NCBI GenBank assembly: GCA_942493095.1
Contig: OW818675.1
Location: 480,001 to 512,000, forward strand
DNA length: 32,000 bases
Direction: 5' to 3'
Origin: Candidatus Electronema halotolerans
Lineage (GTDB): Bacteria > Desulfobacterota > Desulfobulbia > Desulfobulbales > Desulfobulbaceae
The translations under genes and the position numbers were made by a program. The notes below the pieces were generated by a model. It had not been told where the DNA came from. It saw only the letters and a program-made list of their open reading frames with translations, and made no database searches. Positions 24,067-32,000 of this stretch are shown piece by piece. Position 1 is the stretch's first letter; each line of letters begins with the position of its first letter.

Positions 24067-24608
24067 AACAGATGATTCTGGCAAAACGGTATGCTAGGGC
24101 GATTTTTGCCCTTGGCAAGGAAAACGGCGCGGCGGAAACCTATGCGCGGACCCTCAAGGCGATTGCCGACCTTTTTGAACAGCCTGAACTCGGAATGGCT
24201 GATGCGCTGACCAACCCTCTCTATCCCCTTGAAGTCCGGCAGAAGGTCATGACCGGAATCGCCGAAGCAGCAGGCGCGGACGCGCTCTTGTCTTCTTTTC
24301 TTCATCTCTTGGTGGAGAAAAAGCGGGTTTCGGTGCTGCCGGAAGTTGCCAGCCAAGTGCGGACCATGCTGGAGCAGGAGGATAACATCAGTCATGGCTT
24401 TGTCACGTCCGCTATTGCGTTGGACAGCCCGCTGCTGGAGAAAATCCGCACCACGCTTGAGTCAATCACCGGCCACAAAATCCTTCTCGAAACGCAGGTC
24501 GATCCCGCAATTATCGGCGGCATGGTGGCCAGAGTCGGCGACTTGGTGCTGGACGGCAGCCTACGAACACAGCTTAATGGATTAAAAGAATCTATCAAGG
24601 GGAGATAA
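24063..24608 (+). CDS. atpH: F0F1 ATP synthase subunit delta (OSCP)
   Basis: 181 aa. It has an [14 protein letters not shown] start and a C-terminal [25 protein letters not shown]. Its start overlaps the atpF stop. Confidence 0.9.
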   Translation: MKQMILAKRYARAIFALGKENGAAETYARTLKAIADLFEQPELGMADALTNPLYPLEVRQKVMTGIAEAAGADALLSSFLHLLVEKKRVSVLPEVASQVRTMLEQEDNISHGFVTSAIALDSPLLEKIRTTLESITGHKILLETQVDPAIIGGMVARVGDLVLDGSLRTQLNGLKESIKGR

Positions 24609-24615
24609 AAGTCAG

Positions 24616-26139
24616 ATGCAGATCAAAGCCTCGGAAATCAGCAGGATCATTAAAGATCAGATTGCTGGTTATGAAAGCGACATCGATTTGAAGGAAACTG
24701 GCACTGTTCTGTCAGTGGGTGACGGCATCGCTCGTGTTTACGGCGTGGAAAACTGTCAAGCTATGGAGCTGCTGGAGTTTCCTGGCGGCATTATGGGGTT
24801 GGCTCTTAACTTGGAGCAGGACAATGTCGGCGTGGCGGTCATGGGTGATGTCCGCAAAATCAAGGAAGGCGACATTGTCAAGCGGACCGGCAAGATCGCC
24901 GAGGTGCCGGTCGGGCCGGAGCTGGAAGGCCGGGTAGTGGACGGCATTGGCCAGCCCATTGACGGCAATGGGCCGCTCAATGCCAAGGAAACCCGCAAGA
25001 TGGAGGTGCTCGCGCCCGGTGTTATTGCCCGGAAGAGTGTCCATGAACCCTGCTACACGGGCTATAAAGCGATTGATGCCATGACTCCGGTGGGCCGGGG
25101 CCAGCGCGAGCTGGTCATCGGCGACCGCCAAGTCGGCAAGACCGCCCTCTGCGTGGATGCGATCATTGCGCAGAAAGGCTCAGGCGTGCATTGCGTTTAT
25201 GTGGCCACTGGTCAGAAAAAATCCACAGTCGCGCTGGTGGTTGAGGCCCTGCGCAAGCACGGAGCTATGGAGTACACCACCGTAGTTGCGGCCTGCGCCT
25301 CGGATCCTGCGCCGATGCAGTATGTATCGGCAATGGTCGGTTGTGCAATGGCGGAGTATTTCCGCGACAAGGGTCAGCATTCTCTGATTGTTTATGATGA
25401 TCTCTCTAAGCAGGCCGTATCCTATCGCGAGCTGTCTCTGCTCCTTCGCCGTCCGCCTGGACGCGAGGCCTATCCTGGCGACATCTTCTTCAACCACGCC
25501 CGTCTGCTGGAGCGGGCTGCCAAACTGAGCGACGCACTTGGCGCAGGTTCAATGACCGCCCTGCCGATTATTGAGACTCAGGCTGGCGACGTGTCCGCCT
25601 TTATTCCGACCAACGTTATCTCAATCACGGACGGGCAGGTCTTTTTAGAGCCAAATCTCTTCTTTGCTGGTGTTCGCCCGGCGATCAATGTTGGCATCTC
25701 AGTCTCCCGCGTCGGCGGCGCAGCCCAGGTCAAGGCGATGAAGCAGGTCGCAGGCACGCTGCGGCTGGACTTGGCCCAGTACCGCGAGCTGGCCGCATTC
25801 GCTGGTTTTGGTTCTGATCTTGATGCCGCCACCCAAGCCAAGCTGACTCGTGGTGAGCGGCTGGTGGAAATCCTCAAGCAGCGGCAGTATCAGCCCCTGT
25901 CCATGGAAAAGCAGGTCGCGATTATTTTTGCGGGCACCAAAGGTTTCCTGGATGAGCTGCCTGTGGAAATGCTGGCTGATTACGAGCAGGAGCTGTACAG
26001 CCACATTGAGCTGCACGAGCCGTCCATCTTCACCGAGCTGCTGGAAAAGCAGGCCATCTCGCCTGAACTGGATCAGAAGCTGAGGGCCACACTGAAGTCT
26101 TTCGGCAGCACCTTCAAGGCTGCCAGAGGCCTGAACTGA
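24616..26139 (+). CDS. atpA: F0F1 ATP synthase subunit alpha
   Basis: 507 aa with the P-loop GDRQVGKT and the strings [45 protein letters not shown] and ITDGQVFLE. Confidence 0.97.
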   Translation: MQIKASEISRIIKDQIAGYESDIDLKETGTVLSVGDGIARVYGVENCQAMELLEFPGGIMGLALNLEQDNVGVAVMGDVRKIKEGDIVKRTGKIAEVPVGPELEGRVVDGIGQPIDGNGPLNAKETRKMEVLAPGVIARKSVHEPCYTGYKAIDAMTPVGRGQRELVIGDRQVGKTALCVDAIIAQKGSGVHCVYVATGQKKSTVALVVEALRKHGAMEYTTVVAACASDPAPMQYVSAMVGCAMAEYFRDKGQHSLIVYDDLSKQAVSYRELSLLLRRPPGREAYPGDIFFNHARLLERAAKLSDALGAGSMTALPIIETQAGDVSAFIPTNVISITDGQVFLEPNLFFAGVRPAINVGISVSRVGGAAQVKAMKQVAGTLRLDLAQYRELAAFAGFGSDLDAATQAKLTRGERLVEILKQRQYQPLSMEKQVAIIFAGTKGFLDELPVEMLADYEQELYSHIELHEPSIFTELLEKQAISPELDQKLRATLKSFGSTFKAARGLN

Positions 26140-26155
26140 GAGCGGGGCACGAGCC

Positions 26156-27022
26156 ATGCCGGGATTAAAGGAAGTCAAAAACAAAATCGAAGGCGTTTCC
26201 AAAACATCGCAGATCACCAAGGCGATGAACATGGTCGCCTCGGCCAAGCTGCGCGGGGCGCAGATGCGGATGGAAAAGTTCCGTCCCTATGCGGAGAAGT
26301 TCGCCCAAGCCATGCAGAAAATATCTGCTGGATACATCGGCGAGCAGAAGCTGATGGCAGTCCGCGAGGTGAAGGCGGTTGAGCTGATCGTTGTCACTTC
26401 AGACCGTGGTCTCTGCGGCAGCTTCAACACCAATATCATCAACAAGGCGCAGAAGCTGATTGCCGAGCATGAACAGGCGGGCCGGACTGTCACAGTGGTG
26501 ACAGTGGGCAACAAGGCGGCCCAGGCCTTTAAGCGGTCAGGCAAAATCCGCCGCTCCTTCAACGACATCATGGGCAGTTTTCAGATGTTCAATGCCCGCG
26601 AGATTGCTGAGGATGCGGCCCGTATTTTCCTTGAGGGCAAGGCGGACCGGACTGAGCTGGTCTATGCCAAGTTCAAGTCGCTGGCAGCGCAGGTTCCGAC
26701 GCGGGATATCCTGCTGCCTGTCAGCCCGACAGCAGGCGGGACAGCAGCGGACAGTGCTGGCGGAGAATACATCTATGAGCCGTCGCCAGATGAAATCATG
26801 GAGAATCTGCTGCCCCTGAATCTCAATGTGCAGGTGCTGCACGCCATGATTGAGGTCAGCGCAGGCGAGCAGGCGGCTCGGATGACGGCCATGGACAATG
26901 CGACCAAGGCCTGCGGCGACATGATCCGCGAGCTGACCCAGCTGTACAACAAGGCCCGTCAGGCGGCCATCACCGGCGACCTGATGGACATCGTCGGCGG
27001 CGCCGAGGCCCTGAAGGGATAA
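26156..27022 (+). CDS. atpG: F0F1 ATP synthase subunit gamma
   Basis: 288 aa. It has an N-terminal KEVKNKIEGVSKTSQITKAMNMVASAKLR and a C-terminal YNKARQAAITGDLMDIVGGAEAL. Confidence 0.95.
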   Translation: MPGLKEVKNKIEGVSKTSQITKAMNMVASAKLRGAQMRMEKFRPYAEKFAQAMQKISAGYIGEQKLMAVREVKAVELIVVTSDRGLCGSFNTNIINKAQKLIAEHEQAGRTVTVVTVGNKAAQAFKRSGKIRRSFNDIMGSFQMFNAREIAEDAARIFLEGKADRTELVYAKFKSLAAQVPTRDILLPVSPTAGGTAADSAGGEYIYEPSPDEIMENLLPLNLNVQVLHAMIEVSAGEQAARMTAMDNATKACGDMIRELTQLYNKARQAAITGDLMDIVGGAEALKG

Positions 27023-28489
<1,467 letters not shown>

Positions 28490-28529
28490 ACCGTTTCAGA
28501 ACAACCATTTCAGGCGGAGGTGAAAAAGA

Positions 28530-28949
28530 ATGGCCCAGCAGATACATCTGGAAGTGGTGACTCCTGCCGGACAGCTTGTCAGCGAGGATGTTGATATTGT
28601 CACTGCGCCGGGCACCAGCGGAGAATTCGGGGTGCTGGCGCATCACGCCAACTATCTGACCACTATAAAAACAGGCGTGCTGTCGTTTAAAACAGACAAA
28701 CAGCTCAAATATATGATGGTCAGTGAAGGCTTTGCCGAGGTCTCAGACAACACTGTCACCTTTTTGGTGGAAAGTGCTGAGTACGGTTATGACATTGACG
28801 TTAAACGCGCCATGCAGGCCAAAGAGCGGGCTGAGAGACGTTTGATACAGGCGCAGGCGCACGATGAGGACCTGAATCGAATTCAGGTCGAAGCCGCGCT
28901 CCATCGGGCAGTTGCCAGACTCGCAGCGGCGGAGCGTTCCAAGCTGTAG
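28530..28949 (+). CDS. atpC: F0F1 ATP synthase subunit epsilon
   Basis: 139 aa. The sequence IHLEVVTPAGQLVSEDVDIVTAPGTSGEFGVLAHHANYLT is followed by a C-terminal helical hairpin. Confidence 0.93.
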   Translation: MAQQIHLEVVTPAGQLVSEDVDIVTAPGTSGEFGVLAHHANYLTTIKTGVLSFKTDKQLKYMMVSEGFAEVSDNTVTFLVESAEYGYDIDVKRAMQAKERAERRLIQAQAHDEDLNRIQVEAALHRAVARLAAAERSKL

Positions 28950-28978
28950 CCGCATCACATCGGAAAGATGCGCATGAG

Positions 28979-29006
28979 AGGCCGCCCTGCTGGGTGGCCT
29001 TTTTTT
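28979..29006 (+). terminator. Rho-independent terminator of the atp operon
   Basis: A 9-bp stem, AGGCCGCCC / GGGTGGCCT (one G-U pair), with a 4-nt loop, followed by T7 (29000-29006). It lies 30 nt after the atpC stop. Confidence 0.8.
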
Positions 29007-29050
29007 CATGACCTTGATGGATGGGTTATGACGGCATGAGCATGATGGTG

Positions 29051-29076
29051 CAGGGAAAATTCATGAATTTCCCCTG
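29051..29076. repeat. 26-nt near-perfect palindrome CAGGGAAAATTCA|TGAATTTCCCCTG
   Basis: Hand pairing gives 12 of 13 complementary positions around a central TCATGA. It lies between the convergent atpC and PP2C genes, 21 nt beyond the PP2C stop. Confidence 0.6.
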
Positions 29077-29096
29077 CGAATGAATTGACCTGTTTG

Positions 29097-30776
29097 TCAA
29101 ATCCCAACTGACTGCATGTTGTACAACAGAGCTATCGTCCGGTCATCATGATTGCCAGGCGACCAGAACGAGAGCCAGTCAAGCAGATGAGCCGCTGTCT
29201 GCTCAGGTTTGGCAGAGAGCCTGCTCTGAATCTGCTCCTGCCAGAAGCGGTCCCAGTGTTCTTGGCTGCTTAGATTGCGCTCGGTCTCAAAAATTGGGTC
29301 GGTGATTCCGTCGGTGAGCAGGACAAGGGCGGTCATCGAATCAGCCAAGGTGCAATGTATTCGCTGTATTATGTCCTCACCTTGGCAGGCGGCTGGATCA
29401 AGAAAGCGGGTTTGACCTGCATATTCACCGCTGTCCGCCTGACCGAGCAGTTTGGTCTGTCTGCCCGCCTGATACATGGCCATGCCGCCGTCACCAATCC
29501 AGTAACCTGCCACAAACTGCTTGCCGTTGATTTCCCGGTGCGCCGCCAGCAGCAGGGTGGCGTAGAAATCACGAAAGGCGCGCTGCTCTTTCTTGCTGGT
29601 CTGATGAATGGTGTTGGTCGCTGCATAGACCGCTGGGCTGAAGACAGCATAGAGCCTCTGCTTGAGCTTGGCCAGAGCTTCCTGCTGGCCGCTCTGCTCC
29701 CATGCCGTCACCGCCTCCAGCAGGGCCTCATCATGTTCGGTCAGCTTGGCGGCCAGCTCTGTTGAGGCTGTCTGCACTGCAATTCTCGCCCCTTCTCTGG
29801 AATATTCACTGCTGCCTGCGCCGTCCGAAACCGCCAGCACATGCCACTGCTGCGGATGATTGCCAAGCAGGGCAAAGTCATCGTCCCGGCACTTTCCGGT
29901 GTGGGCATGTGATCTGCCCCGCCGACTCGCGCCGACAAATTTCCAGCCGCTCTCCTCGCGCAGTTCTTGGGCATCATTGTCCTTTTTCCAGAAAACTTCG
30001 CTTTCATCCGAAAGCTTATCCTGCCAGAGCGATTTGGGATCGTGATTGACAATCAAGGCAAGCGAAGCAAGCGCGCTGCCGCCGGTTGCCAAAAGACAGG
30101 TGGCAGTGAAGTGAAACTCGCCAGCTTGGCGCGGGGTGCCGCTGAGGCATTGGGCTTCTTTGTCATAAGCAAGGCCAAGCTCGGCAAGCTGCTTTGTCTC
30201 TTCAATCCGGGTGATTTTGCATGAGGGCGCACCCTCCGCAGCAATCTTTTCCGAATAAAAGGCATTGACCATTGCATTAGGAACTCTGAGGACAATTGTC
30301 TGATCATGAGGAGGCTTCATAGGTGTTTTCTGCAAGTTTATATGGCTTTTAGCTGCCGGACTTGGTTCTTCGTCAGAGGGGGCTGTCACAATATTTTTTT
30401 CAGCATCGTTCTCGGCAAGGTGTTCAACAGGAGCTTCTTCGCAAGGCATCGCCGCCGCAATCTTGCTCTCTGTCTCAGAAACAGCATTTTCAGCAGGAGG
30501 CAATGGTTTTTCCTTGCTCAGATTGATACGTGCTGGCGCAGGGCTGGCATCTTCCTGTTGATCTGCCGACTCGGCATCGACAGACTCTGCATCCTTTTCT
30601 CTCCAAACAGACCATTTTTGCCGCAGTTCTTCTGAAAAAGATTGGAGACGGGCAAGCACATCCGTCTCAAGAAGAAACTGTTGCAGTTCATTTTTTGAGG
30701 GCTGCTCGTCGTGAAGAGAGAACAGCAGTCGGCAGACCACCTGAAGTGTCGCCTTTTCTTCAGTCATATCTTTCAT
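29097..30776 (-). CDS. PP2C-family (PP2C_2-like) serine/threonine phosphatase domain protein with an acidic N-terminal region and an Ig-like middle domain
   Basis: 559 aa. From aa 278 onward: KFVGASRRGRSHAHTGKCRDDDF, VLAVSDGAGSSEYSREGARIAV and LVLLTDGITDP, which is the pattern of bacterial PP2C_2 domains. Residues 160-245 contain GLAYDKEAQCLSGTPRQAGEFHFT, resembling putative-Ig (He_PIG-type) domains. Confidence 0.8.
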   Translation of the reverse strand: MKDMTEEKATLQVVCRLLFSLHDEQPSKNELQQFLLETDVLARLQSFSEELRQKWSVWREKDAESVDAESADQQEDASPAPARINLSKEKPLPPAENAVSETESKIAAAMPCEEAPVEHLAENDAEKNIVTAPSDEEPSPAAKSHINLQKTPMKPPHDQTIVLRVPNAMVNAFYSEKIAAEGAPSCKITRIEETKQLAELGLAYDKEAQCLSGTPRQAGEFHFTATCLLATGGSALASLALIVNHDPKSLWQDKLSDESEVFWKKDNDAQELREESGWKFVGASRRGRSHAHTGKCRDDDFALLGNHPQQWHVLAVSDGAGSSEYSREGARIAVQTASTELAAKLTEHDEALLEAVTAWEQSGQQEALAKLKQRLYAVFSPAVYAATNTIHQTSKKEQRAFRDFYATLLLAAHREINGKQFVAGYWIGDGGMAMYQAGRQTKLLGQADSGEYAGQTRFLDPAACQGEDIIQRIHCTLADSMTALVLLTDGITDPIFETERNLSSQEHWDRFWQEQIQSRLSAKPEQTAAHLLDWLSFWSPGNHDDRTIALLYNMQSVGI

Positions 30777-30840
30777 GCAACCCGCCTCATTTTTTAAAAA
30801 ATGTCATAGCTGTCATTCCCAAAAAAACATCTGGCTGCTC

Positions 30841-30870
30841 TTGCCATTTTCTTTGCTTCTCCTGTATAAT
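30841..30870 (+). promoter_or_regulatory. Candidate sigma70 promoter for the small lipoprotein gene
   Basis: TTGCCA (30841-30846), an 18-nt spacer, then a perfect TATAAT (30865-30870). It lies 28 nt upstream of the ATG at 30899, with GGGAGA as the RBS. Confidence 0.45.
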
Positions 30871-30898
30871 ACAAGTAAACCAACAAGGGAGAATAACA

Positions 30899-31180
30899 AT
30901 GAAGATAGCATATTTTTTCGCCTCCGTCTCGATTGCGGCCATTCTTTCCGCCTGTGTCGGACCAGGCACAGGGCCTTATGGCACCTATACAGCGGCTGAC
31001 CGGTATCGGGATCAGACCAACACTGCCATTGCCATTGGCGCGACAGCCATCGGTGCAACCGTGATTGGCGCGTCTCTCTACAATGCCGGACGACATGATG
31101 GCAGAAGGGAAGTCTATCGACCGCCAGCACCACCTCCTCCAGCAGCATACAGACCGCCGTTGCAGCCGAGGTTCAGATAA
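30899..31180 (+). CDS. Small lipoprotein with a glycine-zipper segment and a proline-rich tail (93 aa)
   Basis: This is an internal ATG of the 216-aa track ORF, with its own promoter-like and RBS signals. It has a lipobox (ILSAC), a glycine-zipper-like segment (AIAIGATAIGATVIGASL) and a C-terminal YRPPAPPPPAAYRPPLQP. Confidence 0.65.
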   Translation: MKIAYFFASVSIAAILSACVGPGTGPYGTYTAADRYRDQTNTAIAIGATAIGATVIGASLYNAGRHDGRREVYRPPAPPPPAAYRPPLQPRFR

Positions 31181-31183
31181 GCA

Positions 31184-31226
31184 CAACAGGAAGCAGGCAT
31201 GCGGCAGGGTGTCCTGCTTCCTGTTG
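31184..31226. terminator. Strong hairpin between convergent genes (probable terminator, no U-tract)
   Basis: A perfect 14-bp stem, CAACAGGAAGCAGG / CCTGCTTCCTGTTG, with a 15-nt loop. It starts 4 nt after the lipoprotein stop. There is no T-run on either side. Confidence 0.5.
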
Positions 31227-31277
31227 CGTCAGTGCCCTCAAGCCCGCTCTCTCTGGCAAAAGGCTGATCTTTTTCGA

Positions 31278-31913
31278 TCAGTTCCGCAGCGCGGAATGCG
31301 TTGCAATCAGCCCATCTGCGCCGCAGTCCTCCTCTCCCCGCAACACAACAATCTCCTTGCAGAACTTGGCCACCTCCAGCAGATTGTGCGAAATGCAGAT
31401 GAACAGCTTGTCCGGGAACAGCCGCTTGAGTTGCAGGATGATGCTTTCGCGCAGCTTCTCATAGACATTGGCAAGGCTCTCATCCATGATCAGCAGGTCA
31501 AAGTCCTGCAACAGATAGCGCAGCAGGTTGATGCGGTTGCGCTGGCCCAAGGAAAGCTGGGAGAACGTGGCCCGCATCAGTCCGCTGAGGCCGAACAGCT
31601 CTGTCAGTTCACGGCGCAGCCCGCCCTTGCCCGGCGGTGAGACCGCGTCCAGATGCTCTGCCAGCCGTGTCCAGCCCGGCAGCCGCTCCAAGTTGTGCGT
31701 GTAGAGAATTGTGCTGATGCCTTCTGGCCGCAATTCTCCGGCAGCAGGGGCAAGGCTGCCTGCCAGGATGCGGGCCAGCGAGCTTTTCCCAACCCCGGAC
31801 GGGCCGAAGACCGCGTTGAAGCCCGGCCCGACCAGCCTGAAGCTCAGTTTATCCAAGACCTTGGCTTGGCTGTTTGGATACATGAAACAGAGATTACTGC
31901 ATTGCAGAAACAT
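31278..31913 (-). CDS. ABC transporter ATP-binding protein
   Basis: 211 aa with Walker A (GPSGVGKSS), an ABC signature variant (LSLGQRNR) and Walker B (LLIMDESL). The start could instead be the Met at 31883. Confidence 0.85.
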   Translation of the reverse strand: MFLQCSNLCFMYPNSQAKVLDKLSFRLVGPGFNAVFGPSGVGKSSLARILAGSLAPAAGELRPEGISTILYTHNLERLPGWTRLAEHLDAVSPPGKGGLRRELTELFGLSGLMRATFSQLSLGQRNRINLLRYLLQDFDLLIMDESLANVYEKLRESIILQLKRLFPDKLFICISHNLLEVAKFCKEIVVLRGEEDCGADGLIATHSALRN

Positions 31914-32000
31914 GATCGCTCCTCAGCAAAGAACAGAACTGGAGGCAGATGAATAGAGCCAGCGGAACTCAGCTCAATGACAGGCTGTTGAGCAGCCCAA

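Noticed and set aside
31844-31999. An open minus-strand frame entering from the right edge (WAAQQPVIELSSAGSIHLPPVLFFAEERSCF...) that could be the 3' end of an ABC permease gene upstream of the ATPase.
   Set aside because: Only about 51 codons are visible and no motif is recognisable. It would overlap the ATPase ORF by 70 nt unless the ATPase starts at the downstream Met (31883). This is insufficient evidence to call it.

Overview
This window looks like ordinary chromosomal housekeeping sequence, probably from a Desulfobacterota (delta-proteobacterium)-like genome; that lineage call is inference only. I did not find a convincing novel multi-gene system.

Gene content, left to right:
- Minus strand, 1-12 kb: clpS-clpA (clpA truncated at the left edge), holA-like, mtaD, an SDR-plsC pair, an orphan 118-aa ORF, a single-domain KaiC/RecA-like ATPase, a mitochondrial/spd-type EF-G, dxs and xseB.
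- Plus strand: secB.
- Minus strand, 12.7-20.8 kb: a long type IV pilus assembly operon (pilM, pilN, pilO, pilP, pilP, an AMIN-N0-TPR protein, a lipoprotein secretin, a terminal lipoprotein).
- Minus strand, 20.9-22.6 kb: a DUF4124-SLT lytic transglycosylase, transaldolase and a YHS-domain protein.
- Plus strand, 22.9-28.9 kb: the F-type ATP synthase operon b-prime, b, delta, alpha, gamma, beta, epsilon, without the a, c and I genes.
- Right end: a multidomain PP2C-type phosphatase, a tiny glycine-zipper lipoprotein and an ABC ATPase.

I saw no rRNA, tRNA, CRISPR array or intact mobile element.

The items most worth a second look:
1. The non-textbook pilus outer-membrane module: PilQ domains split over two genes, a tandem pilP pair, a low-complexity insert in the secretin, a CsgG/LpoB-like lipoprotein as last gene, and lower G+C than the flanks.
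2. The KaiC-like ATPase apparently co-transcribed with the EF-G paralogue, followed by a motif-dense spacer and an orphan Ala-rich ORF.
3. The His-rich N-terminal extension on ATP synthase subunit b.
4. The stand-alone PP2C protein.

All protein family calls rest on motif recognition by eye from the supplied translations. No database search was run.
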